Positions 29,383 to 38,198 of a stretch of DNA of 52,568 nucleotides are shown one piece after another. The notes below the pieces were generated by a model, which was given only the letters and a program-made list of their open reading frames with translations, was not told the DNA's origin and did no database searches. The first letter of the stretch is position 1, and each line of letters opens with the position of its first letter. This stretch comes from Saprospirales bacterium (lineage in GTDB: Bacteria > Bacteroidota > Bacteroidia > Chitinophagales > JADJOU01). The stretch spans positions 1 through 52,568 of the forward strand of contig CANHJR010000001.1 in the NCBI GenBank assembly GCA_947461165.1. Direction: 5' to 3'. Position numbers and translations under genes: made by a program.

Positions 29383-30320
29383 TATTAAACATTTCTTTTG
29401 AGCATCCTTGGGCTTTACTTCTCTTTCTACTGCCAGTAATTATGGCGTTCTTTCAAGTTTTTTGGCGGACCAAATCACTCGTAAAAGCGAATGTATCGAC
29501 CTTGTTTAATCTTCGCAACCTGTCTTTAAAAACAGCTATAGTCAAATTGTTGCCTTGGTTACATATTATCGCAGCTACACTTCTTGTGATTTGTATTGCG
29601 CGGCCACAAGATGAAATGTCAAGCGAAAAATCAAGAACGAAGGGAATAGACATTATTTTAGCTATTGACGTCTCAACAAGTATGTTGGAAACAGATTTGC
29701 GACCAAACAGAATGGAAGCAGCAAAACAAGTAGCCTCTGAATTCGTAAGCAAACGACCAAATGATCGAATAGGAGTCGTTGTGTTTTCTGGAGAAAGCTA
29801 TACGCAGTGTCCACCAACGATTGATCACGAAATAGTTCAGAAACAGATAAAAACGCTACGCAATGGAATCATTGATGATGGAACAGCGATAGGAATGGGG
29901 CTAGCTACTTCCGTCAGGACGCTCAAGAATAGTAACTCGAAAAGTAAAGTTTGTATTCTACTAACGGATGGGATGAACACTGCAGGAATTGTAGATCCAA
30001 TGACCGCAACGGAAATAGCCAAAACATTTAATATAAAGGTTTACTGTATCGGTGTAGGTACGCCGAGAAACAATATTTTAGGGATTGATGAGCCATTGAT
30101 GCGAAAAATTTCCAGCCAAACAGGTGGTTTGTATTTTAGAGCAGGATCATTGGAGCGTTTAAAGCAAATATATGAGGAAATCAATAAACTAGAAACAATA
30201 GAGATCGAGAAAAATGCTATTCATAAAAGGACAGACTTCTTCTTTCCATTTGCATTATTGGCTTTGGTATTGGTTTTGCTAAGTTTTATTTTAAGACATA
30301 CGTGGCTACGAGGAGTATAA
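29379..30320 (+). CDS. batA: VWA-domain aerotolerance protein BatA
   Basis: BatA-type N-terminus FEHPWALLLFLLPV with 2 TM segments, VWA MIDAS motif DIILAIDVSTSM, LLTDGMNTAG and a C-terminal TM segment. Confidence 0.85.
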   Translation: MILNISFEHPWALLLFLLPVIMAFFQVFWRTKSLVKANVSTLFNLRNLSLKTAIVKLLPWLHIIAATLLVICIARPQDEMSSEKSRTKGIDIILAIDVSTSMLETDLRPNRMEAAKQVASEFVSKRPNDRIGVVVFSGESYTQCPPTIDHEIVQKQIKTLRNGIIDDGTAIGMGLATSVRTLKNSNSKSKVCILLTDGMNTAGIVDPMTATEIAKTFNIKVYCIGVGTPRNNILGIDEPLMRKISSQTGGLYFRAGSLERLKQIYEEINKLETIEIEKNAIHKRTDFFFPFALLALVLVLLSFILRHTWLRGV

Positions 30321-30333
30321 CTGAAATGTTTTA

Positions 30334-31608
30334 GTGGCTAATAGAAAGGCGCTTTCTCTACTTTTCTTGGCGAATTCTATATCGGGAATGGCTCAAGGAA
30401 TTAGTATGATCGCAGTTCCTTGGTATTTTACGGTGACCTTAGGCAAGCATGTCTCTTTTGGCGTGTTTTACGGAATTATAACGATTGGTTCCTGCTTCTG
30501 GAGCATATATGCAGGGTCTATGATAGACAAATATGATCGAATGAAAATCTTTCAAATTCAATCGCTCTTGGGATTGGCTTTGGTTGGGTTCTGCAGTGTG
30601 GCTATGAAACAAAACATGGAAATAGAATGGCTTTTTGCAGGAATCGTGTTTGCATTTACTTCATTTGTCTATAATCTGCATTTTCCAAATATTTATGCTT
30701 TTGCGCAGGAAATCACACCGAAAACAAACTATGATAAGATAATCTCATTTTTAGAAATTCAGGGACAAACGACCTTTATCATCGGCGGTGCTATAGCCGC
30801 AGTACTTATGAATGGAATGGACACCAATCTTTCAATTATGGGATATGAAATTGTAGATAGTATAAAACTTCCCAAATGCAGTTTGTCTGAAATATTTATG
30901 CTTAACACGATTGCCTATTTGCTGACCTTTCTCATTATTATACAGATCAAGTACCAATCAATTGACCCAAGAAGAATAGAAGTAGAAGGTGTATGGCAGC
31001 GATTGAATACGGGCTGGAGTTTTTTAAAAACCCGATCCTCATTGCTTCTTTACGGCTGGCTCAGCTTGGCCTTATTTGTGTGTGTTTTATTGATTAGTTT
31101 TTATTTGATGCCGGTATATGTTTCCGAATTTTTGAATGCGAAATCACACATATATGCTTCGTCTGAGTTGTTTTTTGCTATCGGAGCGATGCTTACTGGT
31201 TTTATTACGAGACATTTATGGTTGAAACATGATGAAATAAGACGAACCGTACTTTTTCTGGGATTTGGAGTTTTGGTTTTGCTTTCATTCGCTATGAGCA
31301 AAAATTTACTTTTGTTTTTTATAGCAAACATCGTCTTAGGATTTAGCAATGCCTCCATTCGGTATTGTCGCATTTCATTCTTTTGGAAAATTGTACCAAA
31401 TGATCTTATTGGAAGAGTTACTAGTGTTTTGAATTTATCTTCATATTTTTTAAGAGCAACCTTTGGATTTTTATTTACTGCATCTATTTTTCAAAATGCA
31501 AAAGGTATTCAGCTTGTCATGTTTGTGCTTATCATATTTGTCTGTATATCAGGATTAGTGATTTTGAAGCACCGGCTACGACTCCTCAAAGAGGTTGGAA
31601 AATACTAA
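30334..31608 (+). CDS. MFS transporter
   Basis: About 12 hydrophobic segments and the GSMIDKYDRMKI motif in loop 2-3. GTG start. Confidence 0.8.
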   Translation: MANRKALSLLFLANSISGMAQGISMIAVPWYFTVTLGKHVSFGVFYGIITIGSCFWSIYAGSMIDKYDRMKIFQIQSLLGLALVGFCSVAMKQNMEIEWLFAGIVFAFTSFVYNLHFPNIYAFAQEITPKTNYDKIISFLEIQGQTTFIIGGAIAAVLMNGMDTNLSIMGYEIVDSIKLPKCSLSEIFMLNTIAYLLTFLIIIQIKYQSIDPRRIEVEGVWQRLNTGWSFLKTRSSLLLYGWLSLALFVCVLLISFYLMPVYVSEFLNAKSHIYASSELFFAIGAMLTGFITRHLWLKHDEIRRTVLFLGFGVLVLLSFAMSKNLLLFFIANIVLGFSNASIRYCRISFFWKIVPNDLIGRVTSVLNLSSYFLRATFGFLFTASIFQNAKGIQLVMFVLIIFVCISGLVILKHRLRLLKEVGKY

Positions 31609-31650
31609 AGGAACAAAAATGTGTCTAATTGATAACGGTGGCCGAATGGT

Positions 31651-31965
31651 CTATTTTGTATCTCTATAACCGAGTCCAAGGAGGAGTTCTTTGGTTTTAC
31701 TGACATAATCTCCTTGAATAAGAATCTCACCATCTTTGGCCGAGCCACCGGTTCCAAGCTTAACCTTAATCGTTTTTGCAAGGGTCTCTAAATCATCTAT
31801 TGTGCCAACAAATCCTTGCACAATAGTTGCTTTTTTACCACCTCGTTGTTTTGTTTCTAATCGTATTCTAAGTTTTTGCTGTTGAATTGGAAGGGTGTCC
31901 ATTTCATCGCTTTCTTCTGTTGGAACCCAAGTTGGGTTCGTAGAATAAACAATTTTTTTACTCAT
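31651..31965 (-). CDS. translation initiation factor SUI1/YciH family
   Basis: RGGKKATIVQGF...LETLAKTIKVKLGTGGSAKDGEILIQGD is the SUI1 fold signature. Confidence 0.9.
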   Translation of the reverse strand: MSKKIVYSTNPTWVPTEESDEMDTLPIQQQKLRIRLETKQRGGKKATIVQGFVGTIDDLETLAKTIKVKLGTGGSAKDGEILIQGDYVSKTKELLLGLGYRDTK

Positions 31966-31969
31966 TGAA

Positions 31970-32470
31970 TTAAAGTTTTAATTTAAATATTATTTTAAAC
32001 AACTCTTCAGAAAAGGGAACAAATTTTCCGAGCTCTTTAAGTTCCATAATTTTATATTTTGACATCCATTTGACATCAGATACCTCATTGTTGTAGGCGA
32101 TGTTTTTTATCATGTAGATCGGAATAAACCCAACGAATATCGATATCAGCGACTGTCCGATGGTGATCTCGCGCACAAATTCGAGATCAATTTCATTCTT
32201 GGATAGTGACAGCTCCTCGAATAATTCTCGGTATGCTTCTTCCAATAAATCAAAATTTCCGGATTGAACACTACCCGTTGTTGTAGACCATTTATCTGGG
32301 TGCCAAGTTACACTTGTGGATCTTTTTTGGATTAAATACTCCCTATTTTCATTGATTATCCATATATGAATAACTCTATGAAATTTATTAGAAGGAATTG
32401 GGTTGCCTCTTGCAACGTTCTCGCCTAGATACTCACCATGTTCGTTGTACAGGTCCCAATATTCCGCCAT
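31970..32470 (-). CDS. NUDIX-family hydrolase (slightly degenerate Nudix box)
   Basis: GSVQSGNFDLLEEAYRELFEELSL approximates Gx5Ex7REUxEExGU. It starts 3 nt after the adhesin stop and ends 4 nt before the SUI1 gene. Confidence 0.65.
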   Translation of the reverse strand: MAEYWDLYNEHGEYLGENVARGNPIPSNKFHRVIHIWIINENREYLIQKRSTSVTWHPDKWSTTTGSVQSGNFDLLEEAYRELFEELSLSKNEIDLEFVREITIGQSLISIFVGFIPIYMIKNIAYNNEVSDVKWMSKYKIMELKELGKFVPFSEELFKIIFKLKL

Positions 32471-32473
32471 AAT

Positions 32474-33703
32474 TTATCTTATAAGCGTTACGTTTCCTGA
32501 TTTTTTTATGAGCTCATTATCAAAGCTCATAGCTTCTATATACCACACATAAATGTCTCCTGGAGATTGTTGACCATTGAAGTTTCCATCCCACCCAGCA
32601 TTTATGTTTGTGGTGTTATAGACTTTTTGTCCCCAACGATTGTAAACCTCAAATTTACGCAATTCTTTAATATTTAGTCTTTTTACAATTCTAAAAAGTT
32701 CATTGACACCGTCTTTGTTTGGGGTAAATGCATTTGGTAACAATAGTACATTCCATCCAAAAACATTGACATTGATGGTATCTGCTTTTATGCATCCATA
32801 TCCATTTTTTGCTGTGACAATATACGCTGTAGTGTCCTTAGGGGAGACCCGAATACTTGAAAAGAAAGGGTTGCTCAGCATTTCGCTTTTTGGTGACCAG
32901 TCATATAATTCGGCCTCACCTCTCGCCGTCAGGCTGATTTCTTGACCCCTATATATACTTGTGTCTGGCCCAGCGCTGATGATTGGTAAGCTATCTACAA
33001 ATACATCAACTTTGATTGAGTCGGAGAAACAATTATTGGAGATAAAAACGGTATATGTTGTAAATTGCTCTGGATATACTTGAGGTGTATCTGTCGTTGT
33101 ATCCTTGATGTTATATGAAGGTTTCCACAAATAGAACAAACCACCTCTTGCTCGCAAGTACCTGAATTCACCCTGACATATTCGAACTGGCCGATCTGCT
33201 TGAGGTATAACTTTTCCTTGAACATTAATTCGAAATGGCACTGTAGTTGAGCATTTTTGAATCGTTGTGGCGGTTACGGTATAGTTGGTGGTATCCCATG
33301 GATTAGCCAAAACGGTTCTGGATGACCCAGATGACAATGTGCTACTATCTATCCATTTATATGTACAAAACACCGAAGCAAATGCTGTTAATTCTGCAGT
33401 ATCGCCAAGGCAGAGGTAATTTGGAATACCCAGAACAGATAATGCTGGAGGGAAATTGACATTCAGAGTCATACTATCTGCCGCTTTACACCCAAACCTA
33501 TCCGTAACAGCAAGAATGTATGTGTTAGTAATTGTAGGAGATGCGGTGGGGTTTCTGATTGTAAAACTAGAAAGTGTATTGTCGTTAGTATTCCACTGAT
33601 AGGAGAAAAATCCAGGATTTGCATTGAATTGATAAACATCACCTACACAAATAGAATCCAACTTTGGTATGCCTGGGTCTGGAAGTTCTCCAACATTAAC
33701 CAT
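32474..33703 (-). CDS. C-terminal part of a T9SS cargo adhesin (gliding-motility-associated C-terminal domain / type B sorting domain)
   Basis: Repeat modules, followed by LLLPNAFTPNKDGVNELF...FEVYNRWGQKVY...GWDGNFNGQQSPGDIYVWYIEA, the CHU_C-type C-terminal domain (CTD). It has no signal peptide. It is in the same frame as 33728..36115, separated only by a TAG and 8 sense codons. Confidence 0.8.
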   Translation of the reverse strand: MVNVGELPDPGIPKLDSICVGDVYQFNANPGFFSYQWNTNDNTLSSFTIRNPTASPTITNTYILAVTDRFGCKAADSMTLNVNFPPALSVLGIPNYLCLGDTAELTAFASVFCTYKWIDSSTLSSGSSRTVLANPWDTTNYTVTATTIQKCSTTVPFRINVQGKVIPQADRPVRICQGEFRYLRARGGLFYLWKPSYNIKDTTTDTPQVYPEQFTTYTVFISNNCFSDSIKVDVFVDSLPIISAGPDTSIYRGQEISLTARGEAELYDWSPKSEMLSNPFFSSIRVSPKDTTAYIVTAKNGYGCIKADTINVNVFGWNVLLLPNAFTPNKDGVNELFRIVKRLNIKELRKFEVYNRWGQKVYNTTNINAGWDGNFNGQQSPGDIYVWYIEAMSFDNELIKKSGNVTLIR

Positions 33704-33727
33704 GACATTGTCCGTGATCGTATAACA

Positions 33728-36115
33728 CTAGTTGGACGCAGTTAGTGTAAATAAAAGGGTATCCAAAGGGTGGAAAAATGGAATCCTTGCATTTGAATTT
33801 GTGATAATGAAGGGGTTGTTAGGAGCCCAAGAATAACTTGTTGCTGTCCCTTGATCCACTGCAGCTATTTGTATGGTATCTCTTTGGCACATAAATGTGT
33901 CTACCAAAGGCACTATATTTATTGCAGGATCTAAAGCATAAACAGTCAAGGTGTCTTGAACAATGCATCGATTGAGATCAACACCTCGAAGGATATATGT
34001 TGTTGTCACACTAGGAGATGCGATAGGATTTAGAATATTTGGATCAGACAAATTGGTAGGAGGTATCCATGATTGACTTAAAAAAGCACCTTTTCCATTG
34101 AGCTGAACTGTTGTTTTGAATGCTGGCGCAGAAGCATTAAGACACACACTTGTATCTGATCCGGCATCAATAAATGCAACTGGAAATAAAGATACTAAAA
34201 CAGAATCGTCATTATAACAACCGTTTGCATCCGTTCCCCTTACGTAATATCGAATCGCTGTAGTTGGTGTTGTTGTGGGAGACTGAATATTATTGGCAGA
34301 CAGGAAAGTAGATGGTGACCACAAATAGCTCACCCCACCTGTGGCTGTGAGCGTGGTGCCGGTATTGGGACAAATCGTGATATCAGGACTTGCTGTAATG
34401 TTGGGCCGTGGGTTTACTGAATAGGTAAAGTTTGCAGAGTCAACGCATCCGAAACTAGTTTTAGACCACAAATTGACGGATCCTGTTGATGAGTTGGGAG
34501 GAATATATGTGGCATCACAAGTTGTAAAAATGGAACCATCTGGGAAGGTCCACCTATAATCAGTAATAGTGCTTGGCGCAGTTATCTCCACTTGACATCT
34601 TAGATTCAAAGGTTGCCCTAAGCATGCTTTTGGCACCACCGCATTGATTTTTGGTTTTGGATATACGGTTGCTTGGAGTATCGTATCTGCGACACATCCA
34701 CCAATTGTTGTCGAAAGTTTTACATTTTTAACACCTGGAGTGGTGAATGTAAATCGAGGGTTTTGTATACTCGAACTACCATTACCATCAAAATCCCAAA
34801 GCCAATTTGTAATAGGACCGTTTACATTTGTAGATAAGTCTGTGAACTGTAGAGGAGAATCCTCACAGGCATTGACAAAGCTGAAAAACATTTTTGGTTT
34901 TGGCTCTATGTAGCAAATTCTTCTGGTTGTATCAGAACATAACCTCCCATTTGATTTTGTTTTGTACGCAATTAATGTCACTAAAAATGTACCAACACTA
35001 CTAAAAACGTGACTTGGATTCGTGGCCGTAGATGTATTATTAGCACCAGAGGCCGGATCTCCAAAATCCCAATAATATCGACTAGCGTTGGTGCTGGTGT
35101 TAGCGAAGTCAACTTTAAGATTACCGCATCTTACATAGACACCAGTTCTGGTTGCGGGCACATAGGTGCCAGGGAGAAATGGCGCATTGGCATTGGGGAT
35201 ATCACAGTCTACCACATTATATTGAAAATCACGAGCGAAAGAATCAATTACGATACCACCTCGATGCTCCTTGACCATCACTGAAACCACAAATCGACCG
35301 GCTCTATTTGGATTACAAACCAATAGGCCAGACGCCGAATCTATAGAAAGAGCAGGTGTTCCACCCAAGACATTATTAAGACCATAAGGCGCTGTCCAAA
35401 CCACATTTGGGACAGGGAGTCCTTGTCCTTGATCTGCTGGATTGGTGGAGGTCAGACCTGCAAGAGGAACATTTAAGCTATAGCTCAACTGGTCTCCATC
35501 GACATCTGTGGCAGAGTGGTCAAAATAAAACAGCTGATTGACACAAATAAAAACAGGCGGAAAAGATCTAAATCTCGCCGAATTATTTGTATACGCATTC
35601 AAAGGAGGAATAACTGTTCGTAAGGTTATCCCTGGTTTGTCATTCGTATTTGGTTGATCGTTGATATTTAAAATACCATTGTTTCTACAACAACGTTGGT
35701 GTTGTATAGTATAGCCTTTGTCATTTTTTGGTAAATCAATAATCGTCTCATACCGTCCTTTAGAAACGCAGGTTCCATTTGGCTCTAAACAAGGATTTGT
35801 GATAACTGGTACTATCAAAACGGTATCCATCAACATCAGTGCATTGTCTGGATATCTAACATTGTTGTTTATATTACCTTCATATACACCAAAATAAAGT
35901 GGAGGCAATTGACATCTAGGATCACTAGGTGGACAGCTACCATCATATCCGATAGAAACATTACTACTACAATCGCGATATACTTCAAAAATTATTTTGT
36001 ATCGATTCCCGCCCAGATATTCATAATATACGACACCTCCGACAATATGGGTTGCGCCTACATTGACAACAATGTGCATCAAAAGCAGAAACAGCAATTT
36101 TCGGCAGTAAGACAT
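33728..36115 (-). CDS. N-terminal part of the same T9SS cargo adhesin (signal peptide, HIVGG-type N-domain, PKD-like and Cys-containing repeat modules)
   Basis: Signal peptide, ATHIVGGVVYYEYLGGNRYKIIFEVYRDC and PKD-like WDFGD/WDFDG motifs. It ends at TAG 33730-33728 in the middle of a repeat module and lacks any T9SS CTD. Confidence 0.8.
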   Translation of the reverse strand: MSYCRKLLFLLLMHIVVNVGATHIVGGVVYYEYLGGNRYKIIFEVYRDCSSNVSIGYDGSCPPSDPRCQLPPLYFGVYEGNINNNVRYPDNALMLMDTVLIVPVITNPCLEPNGTCVSKGRYETIIDLPKNDKGYTIQHQRCCRNNGILNINDQPNTNDKPGITLRTVIPPLNAYTNNSARFRSFPPVFICVNQLFYFDHSATDVDGDQLSYSLNVPLAGLTSTNPADQGQGLPVPNVVWTAPYGLNNVLGGTPALSIDSASGLLVCNPNRAGRFVVSVMVKEHRGGIVIDSFARDFQYNVVDCDIPNANAPFLPGTYVPATRTGVYVRCGNLKVDFANTSTNASRYYWDFGDPASGANNTSTATNPSHVFSSVGTFLVTLIAYKTKSNGRLCSDTTRRICYIEPKPKMFFSFVNACEDSPLQFTDLSTNVNGPITNWLWDFDGNGSSSIQNPRFTFTTPGVKNVKLSTTIGGCVADTILQATVYPKPKINAVVPKACLGQPLNLRCQVEITAPSTITDYRWTFPDGSIFTTCDATYIPPNSSTGSVNLWSKTSFGCVDSANFTYSVNPRPNITASPDITICPNTGTTLTATGGVSYLWSPSTFLSANNIQSPTTTPTTAIRYYVRGTDANGCYNDDSVLVSLFPVAFIDAGSDTSVCLNASAPAFKTTVQLNGKGAFLSQSWIPPTNLSDPNILNPIASPSVTTTYILRGVDLNRCIVQDTLTVYALDPAINIVPLVDTFMCQRDTIQIAAVDQGTATSYSWAPNNPFIITNSNARIPFFHPLDTLLFTLTASN

Positions 36116-36248
36116 AATTAATTCATAGTTAAAACAAATTTAGTTCAAAAATGGCAAATAGACCTAGATAAACTCAAGGTTTCTTTTGATTAACAATATT
36201 TTGTAGAGCTTAGGCTTTTTTAAATAACGTACTAAGGGAAGTAAAAAT

Positions 36249-36256
36249 TATATTTG
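36249..36256 (+). promoter_or_regulatory. Bacteroidota-type -7 promoter box (TATATTTG)
   Basis: Exact TAnnTTTG match, 22 nt upstream of the ATG at 36279. Confidence 0.35.
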
Positions 36257-36278
36257 CAAAAATAAAATCAAAACATCA

Positions 36279-37280
36279 ATGGTAGAAAAGAAACCGCTGG
36301 ATATTCGTGAGATGAATGAAATCGTAAATCGAGAAAGTTTATTTATAGAAGTCATCCAACGAGAATTATCTAAAAAAGTAATTGGACAAAAGAACATGGT
36401 GGATAAACTCATGTTGGCACTTCTATCGCATGGCCATATTCTTCTTGAAGGTATGCCCGGCTTAGCAAAAACCTTAACCATCAATTCTTTGGCCACAGCA
36501 CTGAAATGTGATTTTCAAAGAATTCAATTTACACCAGATTTATTGCCAGCAGATATCGTCGGTACTATGGTTTATAATCAGAAGGATGGTGACTTCAAGG
36601 TCAAGAAAGGCCCTATTTTTACCAATTTCGTATTGGCAGATGAGATCAATAGAGCTCCTTCAAAAGTACAATCGGCACTTTTGGAAGCTATGCAGGAAAA
36701 GCAGGTGACGATAGGTGACAAAACGTATAAATTAGATGAACCATTCTTGGTAATGGCTACCCAGAACCCTATCGAGCAGGAAGGAACATATACGCTGCCA
36801 GAAGCACAGCTTGATCGATTTATGATGAAAATCAAGGTTGGGTATCCATCAAAGGAAGAAGAAATAGAAATTTTAAAACAAAACAGTAGCTCATTTAAAT
36901 CAACGATTGAACCAGTTGTTTACAAAGAAACAATTGTAAAGGCGAAAGAACTGGTCAAACAAATTTATATGGATGAGAAAATTGAACAATACATTGTCAA
37001 TTTGGTGTTTGCATCACGTTTTCCTTCTGATCATAAAATGGAGCAGTTGAAGTATTTAATTGCTTATGGCGGATCACCTAGAGCTACAATCAATTTGGCT
37101 TTAGCATCAAAAGCAAACGCATTTATGCGCGGAAGAGGATACGTCATTCCAGAGGATGTAAGATCAGTTTGTTATGATATCTTGCGCCATAGAATAGGGT
37201 TGACTTATGAGGCAGAGGCGGAAAACATAACCCAAGACGATATTATTACAGAAATTCTAAACAACGTAGAAGTACCATAG
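36279..37280 (+). CDS. MoxR-family AAA+ ATPase
   Basis: GHILLEGMPGLAKT Walker A, LADEINRA Walker B, ATQNPIEQEGTYTLPEAQLDRF and GGSPRA. Confidence 0.95.
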   Translation: MVEKKPLDIREMNEIVNRESLFIEVIQRELSKKVIGQKNMVDKLMLALLSHGHILLEGMPGLAKTLTINSLATALKCDFQRIQFTPDLLPADIVGTMVYNQKDGDFKVKKGPIFTNFVLADEINRAPSKVQSALLEAMQEKQVTIGDKTYKLDEPFLVMATQNPIEQEGTYTLPEAQLDRFMMKIKVGYPSKEEEIEILKQNSSSFKSTIEPVVYKETIVKAKELVKQIYMDEKIEQYIVNLVFASRFPSDHKMEQLKYLIAYGGSPRATINLALASKANAFMRGRGYVIPEDVRSVCYDILRHRIGLTYEAEAENITQDDIITEILNNVEVP

Positions 37281-37287
37281 ATAGTAG

Positions 37288-38151
37288 ATGGAAGTAAGCG
37301 AACTGATCAAGAAGGTCAAACGACTCGAACTCAAAACAAAAAAACAGAGTTCTGAGCTATTTGCTGGGAACTATGCAAGTACGTTCAAAGGAAGAGGGAT
37401 GTCTTTTAGTCAAGTACGAAAGTATACTTTTGGGGACGACATCAGATCTATTGATTGGAATGTAACCTCACGAAGCTTGGAACCATATATTAAAGAGTTT
37501 GAAGAAGAACGAGAGCTAACCTTTATGATTTTAGTAGACATTTCAAGATCCACCTTTTACGGATCCAAGAATGTTTTGAAAAGAGATGTAATAAATGAGA
37601 TTGCAGCGACAATTGCCTTTAGTGCTTTGAAAAACAACGATAAGGTTGGAATCATTTTTTTCGGCGATAAGGTTGAAAAATATATTCCTCCCAAAAAAGG
37701 AAAAGGCCATGTTTTAAGTATCATTCGAGGGTTGATAGAATCGAATACCAAAAACAGCAAGACGGACATTGCTGAAGCTTTACGCTTTCTGCAAAACACC
37801 CTAAAGAAGAAATCAGTCGTATTTCTTTTGTCCGATTTTATTGAAAGTGCTGATTTTGAGAAAGAAGTGAAATTGGCAAGTCTTCGACATCAATTCTACG
37901 CTATTCAGCTATTTGACAAATCAGAATATGAGACTCCAAACATAGGAATAGTCCCTATGTATAACCAAGAGTCTTCTAAAATGGAATGGATAGATACAGG
38001 GAATCAAGCTTTTAGAGAAGAGCTGACCAAGAGATTTGAATCAAACATGAAGGATACAAAACAGCGATTTGAAAAATTGGGAGATGCATATGTCTCTATT
38101 GATATTCACGAACAATACATCCCTAGGCTTTCTAAGATATTCAATTCATAA
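37288..38151 (+). CDS. DUF58 (VWA-like) protein, MoxR partner
   Basis: FKGRGMSFSQVRKYTFGDDIRSIDWNVTSRS is the DUF58 signature. VDISRS and LLSDF are VWA-like elements. Confidence 0.9.
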   Translation: MEVSELIKKVKRLELKTKKQSSELFAGNYASTFKGRGMSFSQVRKYTFGDDIRSIDWNVTSRSLEPYIKEFEEERELTFMILVDISRSTFYGSKNVLKRDVINEIAATIAFSALKNNDKVGIIFFGDKVEKYIPPKKGKGHVLSIIRGLIESNTKNSKTDIAEALRFLQNTLKKKSVVFLLSDFIESADFEKEVKLASLRHQFYAIQLFDKSEYETPNIGIVPMYNQESSKMEWIDTGNQAFREELTKRFESNMKDTKQRFEKLGDAYVSIDIHEQYIPRLSKIFNS

Positions 38152-38198
38152 GCAATAAACGACCTAAGACCTAGTGGTCAATTCAATTGAAATACGTT

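Noticed and set aside
33728-33730. Stop-codon reassignment (TAG read as sense) as the explanation for the interrupted adhesin
   Set aside because: TAG terminates several well-defined genes in the same window at the positions expected from family length (truA, parE, the 7282..8064 gene, the hydroxylase at 26748..26750). No other long ORF is fragmented. The standard genetic code fits.
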